Positions 28,794 to 37,973 of a stretch of DNA of 64,000 nt are shown here, one piece after another (position 1 is the first letter of the stretch; each line of letters begins with the position of its first letter). The DNA is taken from NCBI GenBank assembly GCA_037442105.1, contig JBBIQV010000002.1, positions 1 to 64,000 on the forward strand, in the 5' to 3' direction. The notes beneath the pieces are model-generated. The model was not told where the DNA came from. It ran no database searches and saw only the letters and a program-made list of their open reading frames with translations. The stretch is from Nitrospiraceae bacterium (GTDB lineage Bacteria; Nitrospirota; Nitrospiria; Nitrospirales; Nitrospiraceae). Both the position numbers and the translations under genes were made by a program.

Positions 28794-29393
28794 ATGTTGC
28801 AAGGAGCGGAACTTGACGCGCTGATCGGCCGGATGGCTCAGGACTATGTCACGAAGAATCGGGCGGCACGCATCATCCGGGATATGTTGGACGAGGCGGG
28901 CATTGGGTTGAGCCCCGTCGTGGATCATTACGCGATTCGAACCGTGGACATCGATGAGCGCGCGCAAGAGTTTGTCCGATTGGGGTATGTCTATACCGAA
29001 ACTTTGAATTACGACGATTGGTTTGCAAAGGTCTATCGGCTTCCCGGCTATCCGGCCTTATTTGTGGACCAAGCCTATCCTGACGAGCGGGGGCGGACGA
29101 GCGTCATTTCCGGTTGGGTGAAGACCTTCGGCGATCGCGGCTTCCACCACGCCGCGGTGCGGGTCGAGGACATCGAAAAAGCGATGCAGCAGTTGAAGGC
29201 CAAGGGCGTCGTGTTCGCGGGCGAGATCGTCGGCGCACGCGGCGGGAACCTGCGGCAGATTTTCACGGCGCCGGAAATGGTGGACGGCCATCCGTTCTCC
29301 GTGCTTGAGCTGGCCGAACGACACCGCGGGTACCAAGGCTTCTCTCCTCCGCAGGCCGACAGTCTGATGAAGTCCACGGTCAAAGGAGCGTGA
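28794..29393 (+). CDS. VOC-fold protein, DUF1338/HglS-like
   Basis: DHYAIRT, HHAAVRV, LRQIFT and ELAERHRGYQGF..ADSLMKST. Confidence 0.6.
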   Translation: MLQGAELDALIGRMAQDYVTKNRAARIIRDMLDEAGIGLSPVVDHYAIRTVDIDERAQEFVRLGYVYTETLNYDDWFAKVYRLPGYPALFVDQAYPDERGRTSVISGWVKTFGDRGFHHAAVRVEDIEKAMQQLKAKGVVFAGEIVGARGGNLRQIFTAPEMVDGHPFSVLELAERHRGYQGFSPPQADSLMKSTVKGA

Positions 29394-29600
29394 CGCGTGA
29401 TGGGTGATGCGTGACGAGTTTTAGGTTCTGAGGGAGCAACCTGCCATGCTCTGTTGATCCTCTCGATTCACGACACATCACTCATCACCAGGCGTCTTCC
29501 CACCGGCCTTTAGCCTCTCGCCTCGTGCCCCTTGCCCAGTTTCGTTGAATCTTTTCCCGCCGGCCCGTCTCTTATAGGCAGAACGGAAGGGGGGAACTGC

Positions 29601-29789
29601 ATGATACTCAATGAATGGTTGCGCCTGATCGCCGGCACGTTTGTGCTGTTTGCCATCGTCTTGGGAGCCGCGGTGCACCCGTATTGGAATTACTTCGCGG
29701 CATTTGTGGCCGTGAACCTGATCCAATCCGCATTCACCGGCTGGTGTCCGATGATGGCGCTGCTCCGGAAGCTCGGCGTGCGGGAGTAA
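29601..29789 (+). CDS. DUF2892 (YgaP-like) membrane protein
   Basis: RLIAG and NLIQSAFTGWCPM. Confidence 0.88.
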   Translation: MILNEWLRLIAGTFVLFAIVLGAAVHPYWNYFAAFVAVNLIQSAFTGWCPMMALLRKLGVRE

Positions 29790-29846
29790 AGCAATAACCC
29801 TTTGCCTATCGCCCATCGCCTTGTGCTTAATGAAAGGAGTTTACTG

Positions 29847-31223
29847 ATGCGAGCCGTCAAGCGACCGACTCCGGGATTATCCCTGTTTGCCTATTTGAGT
29901 CTGTTCGTTGCGTCCGCTCTGGCGTGGCCGACCGCGCCGGTGCATGCGGCTCGTGAGTTGACGCTGGAGCAGGCGCTGGAACTCGCCATGCAGCATAGCC
30001 CCGTGCTCAAGGCGTCCCGCCAGGATATGTATTCGGCCGAAGCCCAGCGCAAGATCGCGCAGGCGGCTTATCTGCCGAAGGTCGAGGCGGTTGAAGCCTG
30101 GGCCAATACGAATAATCCCGCCCAAGCCTTCGGCTTGCTGCTGAATCAAGGCCGTTTTACGCAAGCGGGCTTCGACATCAATACCTTGAATCGGCCGGGC
30201 TCGGTCGAGAACTATCGGTCGGCAGTGAACCTCACACAGCCGATTTACAACGGCGGGCGCGAAGGTCTGGGCGTCAAGATTGCCGACCTTGGGCACGTGG
30301 TTTCCGAGGAAAGCTTCGAGCACATGCGCCAGCGTGTGCTCTACATCGTGACGAAAGCCTATTACGATCTTGTTCTTGCCAAGGCGGTCCAAGGAATTGC
30401 CCGTGAGACGGTCCAGATCGCCGAGGTTAACGCAAAACAGATCGCGTCGCGGTTCAAAGGAGGGACGACGGTGAAGTCGGACTTGTTGCAAGCCGAGGTC
30501 CGCCTGGCGGCATTGCGGGAAGAAGCGATACGTGCGAACCAAGCGGTGCGGGTCGCGGGCGTGGCGCTCCGCCACGCCATCGGGCTGGATGAGCCGGTCG
30601 ATGTCACCGAAGGACTCTCATTGGCTCCCGGAATTCCTCAGGAACTGGAGGCGATCGTGGCAACGGCGCTGGAGACAAGACCGGACTACCGCGTGCTGGC
30701 AGCCGAATTACGGAAGGCGGAGATGCAGACGAGGCTGGCCAAATCCGCCTACCTGCCGAATTTCAATCTGCAGGGGACCTATGAAAACAACAGCACATTC
30801 CCGCTCGGGCCGAACGGGCAGAGCAACTACGGGGCGTTCGGTGTCGTGAGCGTGAATTTGTTCAACGGGATGAACGACGCGGCCCAGGTACGGAAAGCGC
30901 GTGCCCAGGAGGAAAAGGCGCGGGAGTTGCTCGCCGCCAAACGCCGGGAAATTGAAGTCGAAGTGGTAGAGGCCTACTATGGCCTGGCTGCGGCGCGCGA
31001 ACGCATTGCCGTGAGCGAGAGCGCGGTCGCGCAAGCGGAAGAAAACCTCCGCATCATTCGCAACCGCTATGAGTCCGGCATCGCGCCGGTGATCGATCTG
31101 TTGACCGCCGAGCTGGTCCTGAACCAGGCCAAGCAGAACCGCATGCGCGCGTTCTACGATGAGCGGGTCGGGTGGGCTCGCCAGGACTTGGTGACGGGCC
31201 AATTCCGGAAAGGTCAAGGTTGA
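29847..31223 (+). CDS. TolC-family outer-membrane efflux protein
   Basis: LTLEQALELA, AYLP, QPIYNGG, AYYDL and RYESG repeats. Confidence 0.9.
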   Translation: MRAVKRPTPGLSLFAYLSLFVASALAWPTAPVHAARELTLEQALELAMQHSPVLKASRQDMYSAEAQRKIAQAAYLPKVEAVEAWANTNNPAQAFGLLLNQGRFTQAGFDINTLNRPGSVENYRSAVNLTQPIYNGGREGLGVKIADLGHVVSEESFEHMRQRVLYIVTKAYYDLVLAKAVQGIARETVQIAEVNAKQIASRFKGGTTVKSDLLQAEVRLAALREEAIRANQAVRVAGVALRHAIGLDEPVDVTEGLSLAPGIPQELEAIVATALETRPDYRVLAAELRKAEMQTRLAKSAYLPNFNLQGTYENNSTFPLGPNGQSNYGAFGVVSVNLFNGMNDAAQVRKARAQEEKARELLAAKRREIEVEVVEAYYGLAAARERIAVSESAVAQAEENLRIIRNRYESGIAPVIDLLTAELVLNQAKQNRMRAFYDERVGWARQDLVTGQFRKGQG

Positions 31224-31240
31224 GGGCAAGGAAGTTCGAC

Positions 31241-32308
31241 ATGCGAGGTTCGAAATTCGCTCTTACCCTTAATCTGAGCCTCAGTCTGTTTCTGCTTGCC
31301 GGCTGCGGGCCGCGCGAGGAACCGGGTCCGCCGGCGACCCCGGCTACAAGAGTCACGGTCAAGGCGCCGGTGGACGAGGTCCGCTTAATGCAATTCCCGA
31401 TTGTGGTTGAGGTCACGGGGCAGGTTGCGGCGGTGGTGCGGGCCACGCTCTCAAGTCGTGTCCAGGGGACCGTGCAGGAAGTCCGTGTCCGCGAAGGCCA
31501 CGCCGTGTCGAAGGGACAGACATTGGTGGTTCTGGACAGCCGTGACCTGCGGGCCAGTCTCGCCAGGGCGGAGGCGGAGGCGGAGAACGCCAGAGCTTAT
31601 TTGGCGCGCATGAAGCGACTCTATACGGAAGAGTCGGTCGCCAAGCAGGAACTCGATAATGCGACTCGCGCCTATAAAGTCGCGGAAGCCGGAAAACAAG
31701 CGGCAGAAGTTCAGCTCAGCTATACAACGCTCAAGGCGCCGTTCGACGGGATCATCGCGGAAAAACATGTAGAGGTCGGTGAATTGGCGGCTCCGGGGCA
31801 GCCGTTATTGAAGATCGAGGATCCGAAACAGCTCCGGCTGGAAGCCACGGTCTCCGAGGGCGATTTGAAATCCGTGACCGTGGGTGACAAGACCACGGTC
31901 GTGATCGACGCGATCGGCGCCCAGCCGATCGCCGGTTCGATCGCCCAAATTCTGCCGTCCGGCGATCCCGTGACCCATACCTTCCTGGTAAAAGTGGACC
32001 TCGCGCCGGCCCCGGGACTGAAAACCGGCATGTTCGGCCGCATGCAATTGGGGAAAGGCTCCGGCCAGACGTTCGCGGTTTCCAAGTCCAGCGTCACGGA
32101 ACGGGGCCAGCTCACCGGCGTGTTTGTCGTCGGGCCGGATCAAGTGGCGCATCTACGATGGGTCAAGGTCGGACGCACGATAGGGTCGAGTGTAGAAATC
32201 CTCTCCGGCCTCAACGGGGGGGAGCAGATTCTGGCGGACGCGGCTCAGGGAGTGGACGGGGCACGGGTAGAGGTCACCGAAACGGTGGCTGCGCCGGTCA
32301 CTCGGTAA
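31241..32308 (+). CDS. RND efflux membrane fusion lipoprotein
   Basis: LAGC lipobox, VREGHAVSKGQTL, LKAPFDG and VEILSGL. Confidence 0.9.
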   Translation: MRGSKFALTLNLSLSLFLLAGCGPREEPGPPATPATRVTVKAPVDEVRLMQFPIVVEVTGQVAAVVRATLSSRVQGTVQEVRVREGHAVSKGQTLVVLDSRDLRASLARAEAEAENARAYLARMKRLYTEESVAKQELDNATRAYKVAEAGKQAAEVQLSYTTLKAPFDGIIAEKHVEVGELAAPGQPLLKIEDPKQLRLEATVSEGDLKSVTVGDKTTVVIDAIGAQPIAGSIAQILPSGDPVTHTFLVKVDLAPAPGLKTGMFGRMQLGKGSGQTFAVSKSSVTERGQLTGVFVVGPDQVAHLRWVKVGRTIGSSVEILSGLNGGEQILADAAQGVDGARVEVTETVAAPVTR

Positions 32309-32335
32309 AAGAGCATGATGGGTGATGGGTGATGC

Positions 32336-35300
32336 GTGATGAGTGAAACACAACTCAGCACTCAACACTCAGCACTCGGTGCTCGATTCGGCCTTTCCGG
32401 TCGCATCGCGGCGCTCTTCATCGGTAGCAAGCTCACCCCCTTGATCATAATCGGGGCGCTGTTGCTGGGTCTCTTTGCCGTCCTCCTCACGCCGCGCGAA
32501 GAAGAGCCGCAAATCGTCGTGCCGATGGCGGATGTCTTCCTCCCCTTTCCCGGCGCCTCCGCCAAAGTGGTCGAGGAACAACTGACCAAACCGCTGGAAC
32601 GGAAGATTTCTGAAATCAAAGGCGTCGAGTATGTGTACTCGTTATCCCGGCCCGGCGGAGCGTTGCTCATCGTCCGCTTTTACGTCGGCGAACAGATGGA
32701 GCAGAGCCTTGTCGATCTCTATGACAAGTTGATGTCGAATCAAGACCTGCTGCCGGCCGGAGCCGGGGCGTTCCAGGTGAAGCCCCGCGACATCAACGAT
32801 GTACCTATCGTGACGATCACCCTCTCCAGCGAGCGCTATTCGGATTTTCAACTGCGACAACTCGCGCAGCATGTGCTGGAGGAGGTCAAGAAAGTGCCGC
32901 ACACGTCCGGCGGATTCATTACCGGAGGAAGCCGCCGCGAACTGCGAGTCCAGCTCGACCCGAGTCGCATGAAGGCGTACGGGATGACGCCGCTTCAGAT
33001 CGCTTCGGTCATTCAGGAGGAGAATCTCGCGTTGCCGGCAGGCCGGTTTCAGAGCGAGAACCGGGACTATGTATTGGAGACCGGCCGGTTCATTCGCTCG
33101 CGCGAGGACCTGGAATCCCTGGTGGTTGGAGTAAGTGAGGGGCGTCCCATTTACCTCCGCCAAGTGGCAGAGGTGAAGGACGGTCCGGGCGAGGTCGCGA
33201 GTTATGTCTGGTTCGGGCACGGCTCTGTACCCTCGCCGTACACCTTGCGCCTCACGCATGACGAACATGACGTCTCACTCCTCACCCCTCACGAAACTAC
33301 AGCCGTCACCGTGGCGATTGCCAAGCAGCCCCGGACCAACGCGGTCGAGGTCGCACGCCACGTGATCCGGAAAGTGGACGAACTGAAAGGCACGCTGCTT
33401 CCGTCCGATATTCTCGTCACCGTCACGCGCGACTACGGGGAGACCGCCGATGAGAAAGCGAATGAGTTGCTCCGGCACTTGCTGATCGCGATCATCGCGG
33501 TTGTGGTCTTCCTGGGGCTGGCGTTGGGCCCTCGTCCCGCGCTCGTCGTCTCTCTCGCCATTCCCCTCACGCTTGCGTTGACGCTGTTCACCTCGATGAT
33601 GATCGGATACACGATCAATCGGGTCACGCTCTTCGCGCTGATTTTCTCCATCGGCATCTTGGTGGACGATGCGATCGTCGTGGTGGAGAACACGTACCGG
33701 CATCTCACGCTGCGCCGGCTTCCGCACCGCGAAGCCACGATCTTCGCCGTGGACGAAGTAGGCAATCCGACGATCCTGGCGACCTTCACGGTGATCGCGG
33801 CGCTGCTCCCGATGGCCTTCGTGTCCGGCCTGATGGGACCGTACATGCGGCCGATCCCGATCAACGCCTCCATCGCCATGTTCTTCTCGCTCCTCGTCGC
33901 CTTCGTCGTGATTCCCTGGTTCTGCCAGAGCTGCTATCGCGAGGGCGTCACGATGGCCGGTGTCGGGCATGAGGGAGATGACACAGGATGGACCGCTCGT
34001 CTCTATGACCGGCTTCTCACACCCATTCTGCTCCATCCTGTGCTCACCTATGCGTTTCTGGCCGTCATTGGGCTGCTCCTCATGGGCTCCCTTGCTCTCT
34101 TGTACAGTCGTCACGTCGTCGTCAAGATGCTGCCCTTCGATAACAAGAGTGAGTTGCAGCTCGTGATCGACATGCCGGAGGGAACGACGTTGGAAGAGAC
34201 GGCTCGTGTGGCCAAGGCGCTCGCGCGCTATGTCGCAACGGTTCCTGAGGTCCGCGACTATCAGGCATATGTCGGGATTCCGTCGCCGTTCAACTTCAAC
34301 GGGCTGGTCCGGCATTATTTCCTGCGGGACGAACCGAACCAAGCGGACATCCAGATCAATCTTGCGCCAAAAGACCGGCGCCGCGCTCAAAGCCACGAGA
34401 TCGCCCGGCGGATCAGGCCGGAGGTGCAGCAGATCGGGCGGCAGTATGGAGCCAACGTGAAGGTGGTCGAAGTCCCGCCCGGGCCGCCGGTCCAGGCCGT
34501 GCTTGTCGCGGAAGTGTACGGCCCGGACTACGAGCGCCAGATAGCGGTGGCGCGCGACCTGCGCCGGCTCTTTGAGAGTACGCCGGGCGTGGTTGACGTG
34601 GACGATTCGATCGAGGCCGACCAAGTTAAATATCTCTTTACGGTCGATCATGCCAAGGCGTCCCTGGCTGGAGTCCCGTCGGAAGACATCATCAAGACAA
34701 TCCGGATGGCACTGGAAGGCGCCAAGGTCGGGCTGGTACATCTGCCTCTGGAGAAGGAGCCGGTTCAAGTGGCGCTGCGGCTTCCCTTGGCCGAACGAAC
34801 CGGCCTCGAACATTTCGGCGAGATCGGGTTGCGGAATGCTTCAGGAGGCCTGATCCAGCTTTCAGAGCTGTTGAGGTTGGAGCAGACGGTGCAGGAGAAG
34901 ACGATCTATCACAAGAATCTGAAGCCGGTCGTCTACGTCGTCGGCGATGTCGGCGGGCCGGGTGCCGAACAAGCCGAAAGCCCGGTCTACGGAGTCCTCG
35001 GCGTAGGGAAGAAACTGGAAGCCTATCGCCCGCCCGAGGGGTATCAGGTCGAGCAACATTATGCCGCGCAACCCTGGTCGGAAAGCCGGCACTCGGTGAA
35101 GTGGGACGGGGAGTGGCACATCACGTACGAGACGTTCCGCGACATGGGTCTGGCCTTCGCGATCGCGATGCTCCTTATCTATTTGCTGATCGTCGGCGAG
35201 TTTCAGTCCTTTCTCACACCGATCATCATCATGGCGCCGATTCCACTCACGCTGATCGGTATTCTGCCCGGTCACTGGTTGACCGGCTCCTATTTCACCG

Positions 35301-35605
35301 CCACGTCGATGATCGGATTCATCGCCTTGGCCGGCATCATCGTACGGAATTCGATCTTGCTGGTGGATTTCATTCAACATCAGGAGGCGCAAGGGGTGCC
35401 GATTGCGCGGGCCGTGATCCGGGCCGGCGCGGTCCGGACGCGGCCGATCCTGCTGACGGCTGCGGCCTTGATGGTCGGTGCGTTCGTCATCATCCTGGAT
35501 CCCATCTTCCAAGGCCTGGCCGTCTCGCTGCTCTTCGGAGTCGGCGCCTCGACCCTGCTGACGCTTGTAGTCATCCCGGTGTTGTACTACAGTGCAAAAA
35601 AATGA
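32336..35605 (+). CDS. RND efflux permease (AcrB family)
   Basis: TPREEEPQI, GILVDDAIVVVEN, GIIVRNSILLVDF and RTRPILLT. Confidence 0.95.
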   Translation: MMSETQLSTQHSALGARFGLSGRIAALFIGSKLTPLIIIGALLLGLFAVLLTPREEEPQIVVPMADVFLPFPGASAKVVEEQLTKPLERKISEIKGVEYVYSLSRPGGALLIVRFYVGEQMEQSLVDLYDKLMSNQDLLPAGAGAFQVKPRDINDVPIVTITLSSERYSDFQLRQLAQHVLEEVKKVPHTSGGFITGGSRRELRVQLDPSRMKAYGMTPLQIASVIQEENLALPAGRFQSENRDYVLETGRFIRSREDLESLVVGVSEGRPIYLRQVAEVKDGPGEVASYVWFGHGSVPSPYTLRLTHDEHDVSLLTPHETTAVTVAIAKQPRTNAVEVARHVIRKVDELKGTLLPSDILVTVTRDYGETADEKANELLRHLLIAIIAVVVFLGLALGPRPALVVSLAIPLTLALTLFTSMMIGYTINRVTLFALIFSIGILVDDAIVVVENTYRHLTLRRLPHREATIFAVDEVGNPTILATFTVIAALLPMAFVSGLMGPYMRPIPINASIAMFFSLLVAFVVIPWFCQSCYREGVTMAGVGHEGDDTGWTARLYDRLLTPILLHPVLTYAFLAVIGLLLMGSLALLYSRHVVVKMLPFDNKSELQLVIDMPEGTTLEETARVAKALARYVATVPEVRDYQAYVGIPSPFNFNGLVRHYFLRDEPNQADIQINLAPKDRRRAQSHEIARRIRPEVQQIGRQYGANVKVVEVPPGPPVQAVLVAEVYGPDYERQIAVARDLRRLFESTPGVVDVDDSIEADQVKYLFTVDHAKASLAGVPSEDIIKTIRMALEGAKVGLVHLPLEKEPVQVALRLPLAERTGLEHFGEIGLRNASGGLIQLSELLRLEQTVQEKTIYHKNLKPVVYVVGDVGGPGAEQAESPVYGVLGVGKKLEAYRPPEGYQVEQHYAAQPWSESRHSVKWDGEWHITYETFRDMGLAFAIAMLLIYLLIVGEFQSFLTPIIIMAPIPLTLIGILPGHWLTGSYFTATSMIGFIALAGIIVRNSILLVDFIQHQEAQGVPIARAVIRAGAVRTRPILLTAAALMVGAFVIILDPIFQGLAVSLLFGVGASTLLTLVVIPVLYYSAKK

Positions 35606-35664
35606 CCGTAGGAAGGTTTCGGAGAATAACCCCGGTGCCTATAAACAGAAAGGGAGGACAATAC

Positions 35665-36741
35665 ATGATCCGCGATGCAAGACTCGGCCTCGGATTTGCC
35701 GCCATCATCACGGTTATCGCCGTAAGTGCCGGAGGAGTCTTCCTCTTTGCCTACGCCTCACCAGGGAGCTACGCGCCGCATGGCACGGTGACCGTTGACG
35801 GCGTGACAGTCCCCGATATCGGTCCGCTGCCGACCTCGGCGCCTATCCCCTCGACCAATCTCAACTACAAAGCCAAAATCGAACTGGGAAAGCAACTCTA
35901 CTTCGACGGCCGGCTCTCCAAGAATAATTCGGTCTCTTGTGCCTTCTGTCATACCCCTGGTTCCGGCTTTGCCGATCCGCGGCAAACGTCGATCGGTGTA
36001 GGCGGCGGCGTGGGTGGACGCCAGGCTCCCACCGTGATGAACAGCGCGTTCAACCACCTGCAATTCTGGGACGGACGAGCGAGATCATTGGAGGAGCAGG
36101 CGATCGGACCGATCCAGAATCCCATCGAAATGGCCGAAACGCATGAGAACGTCGTCAAGAAATTGAGCAGGATCAAGGGGTACCAACAGCAGTTCCGTGC
36201 AGTGTTCGGGACAGAGGTGAATCTGCAGGGCCTCGCTGAGGCGATCGCGGCCTATGAACGGACGGTAATCTCGACCAACTCCGCGTTCGACAAATACGCG
36301 ATGGGCGACCAGAAAGCGATGGATGAGGCAGCGGTGCGCGGCATGGCCCTTTTCAAAGGCAAGGCTCGCTGCATTGCCTGCCATAACGGGCCTAATTTCA
36401 CCGACAATCAATTCCATAATCTGGGCGTGCCCCAAGTAGGGCCGATGAAGGAGGACCTCGGCCGCTACTACGTGACTCGCGCAGAGAAAGACAAAGGCGC
36501 GTTCAAGACGCCGACCCTGCGGAGCATTATCGAGACGGCTCCGTACATGCATGATGGCGCTTTCAAAACGCTGGAGGAGGTCGTTGACTTTCTCAATGCC
36601 GGCGGAGGAGCGAATCCGAACCTCAGTGCGCTCATCAAGCCGTTGGGCCTGACGGCTGAAGAAAAGGCGGACCTTGTCGCCTTCTTGAAAGCCTTGACCG
36701 GGGAACCGATCAAATTTGAGATGCCGAAGTTGCCCCAGTGA
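35665..36741 (+). CDS. Diheme cytochrome c peroxidase (bCCP/MauG family)
   Basis: CAFCH, QFWDGRA, CIACH, FKTPTLR and APYMHDG; GGAGG RBS before ATG 35665. Confidence 0.92.
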   Translation: MIRDARLGLGFAAIITVIAVSAGGVFLFAYASPGSYAPHGTVTVDGVTVPDIGPLPTSAPIPSTNLNYKAKIELGKQLYFDGRLSKNNSVSCAFCHTPGSGFADPRQTSIGVGGGVGGRQAPTVMNSAFNHLQFWDGRARSLEEQAIGPIQNPIEMAETHENVVKKLSRIKGYQQQFRAVFGTEVNLQGLAEAIAAYERTVISTNSAFDKYAMGDQKAMDEAAVRGMALFKGKARCIACHNGPNFTDNQFHNLGVPQVGPMKEDLGRYYVTRAEKDKGAFKTPTLRSIIETAPYMHDGAFKTLEEVVDFLNAGGGANPNLSALIKPLGLTAEEKADLVAFLKALTGEPIKFEMPKLPQ

Positions 36742-36919
36742 AATGCCGGGTGTTGAGCGGCCGGAGCGTTTTAACGGTTTCGGACGGCGCTGTCCCAGGT
36801 CTCGTGCAAGTTTTTTGAATCCTTCTCTCTCGCCCTGCCTCTCATGGGAGGACAGAGCCTAGCGGATAGTACTGCGTGTCCGCCGGGCCGTGAACTAAAC
36901 CATTCACAGGAGGTAAGGT

Positions 36920-37432
36920 GTGATGAGGAAGGGATTTATTGCGATATGTGCTGCGACAGTGCTTGGTTGTGTAGGGCTCCTAGCTCAACAGGCCGCGAGC
37001 GGTGAACCGAAATCTCCCGTTGACGGGTATGACATTCACGTGCAGGCGCCGCATATGATGCCGGACGGCACTCCAGGCGGACCGTTCCATCACTATTGCA
37101 AAGGTATCTCCGACAAAATACTGCAGTGTCTGCTCTTTGAGTCCACAGATCCCAAGGCCAAGCTGGTTGCAATCGAATACTTCGTCGCGAAGGATCTCAC
37201 CCGCAAGCTGCCCTCCATTCAATGGCACCGGTACTTCCATGACCACAAGGTGGAGATCGCGACAGGGCGGGTGAAGGTTCTTGAGCCGGCTGACAAAGCG
37301 AAAGAAATAGCAGAGGCCGCGGCTGGGACCGACGGTGTCATCTATCATCTCTGGCAGAATGGGCAAGAATTTCCTGACGGGACCGTCACGTATCCGCAGT
37401 CGCTCGGGCATTCCTTTCCCCAGCCCAATTGA
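36920..37432 (+). CDS. Exported DUF1264/OBAP-like protein
   Basis: HHYC, QCLLFES, IEYFV and WHxxxHDH; signal-like N-terminus. Confidence 0.7.
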   Translation: MMRKGFIAICAATVLGCVGLLAQQAASGEPKSPVDGYDIHVQAPHMMPDGTPGGPFHHYCKGISDKILQCLLFESTDPKAKLVAIEYFVAKDLTRKLPSIQWHRYFHDHKVEIATGRVKVLEPADKAKEIAEAAAGTDGVIYHLWQNGQEFPDGTVTYPQSLGHSFPQPN

Positions 37433-37502
37433 ACCTCGGTTATCGGAGCGTGAGGGGGGCTCTTCATTGGGTCCCCCTCTATCCAGGTCGAAGGAAAAGG
37501 AA

Positions 37503-37964
37503 ATGAAAGGATTCCGGCGGTGTGTATTCCTCACGGCTGTGCTTATGCTGGGCCGGTCTGGAATTGTTCCGAGCACGGGGTGGACCGCTGATGCAGAGGT
37601 GCTCCAGCCTCGTGTTCCACCGGATCAGATAAATGAGGCCCGGATGTGGACTAATCCGCTTGCGGCTACCTCTGACAATATCGAAAAGGGCAAGGCGCTT
37701 TTCTACGGGAAGGCATTCTGCTCGACTTGTCATGGGAGAGACGGGAAAGGGCTTGGAGACATTCCGGGCCTTCGAGGTAAACTGCCACGGAACTTCACCG
37801 ACAAAGCCTGGCAGGCAGCGAGGACCGACGGGGAGTTGTTCTGGATTCTCAAGAACGGCAGTCCGGGTACGGACATGGCGTCGTTCATCCCGCTGATCCT
37901 CACTGAAGAAGAAGCCTGGCAGGTGCTCCTCTACGTCAGATCGTTTGCCGGCAGTGAGCCATGA
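37503..37964 (+). CDS. Monoheme cytochrome c
   Basis: CSTCHGRDGKG, PRNFT, TDGELFW and M ligand in GTDM. Confidence 0.88.
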   Translation: MKGFRRCVFLTAVLMLGRSGIVPSTGWTADAEVLQPRVPPDQINEARMWTNPLAATSDNIEKGKALFYGKAFCSTCHGRDGKGLGDIPGLRGKLPRNFTDKAWQAARTDGELFWILKNGSPGTDMASFIPLILTEEEAWQVLLYVRSFAGSEP

Positions 37965-37973
37965 TCCGGTCGC

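Noticed and set aside
33275..34813. Long antisense ORFs (also 14545-15882, 27424-28473, 4885-5970)
   Set aside because: These are shadow frames of well-supported genes in GC-rich DNA with no recognisable motifs
35101..35664. 188-aa N-terminal extension of the peroxidase
   Set aside because: It overlaps the RND gene out of frame; a good RBS and signal-like sequence start at 35665
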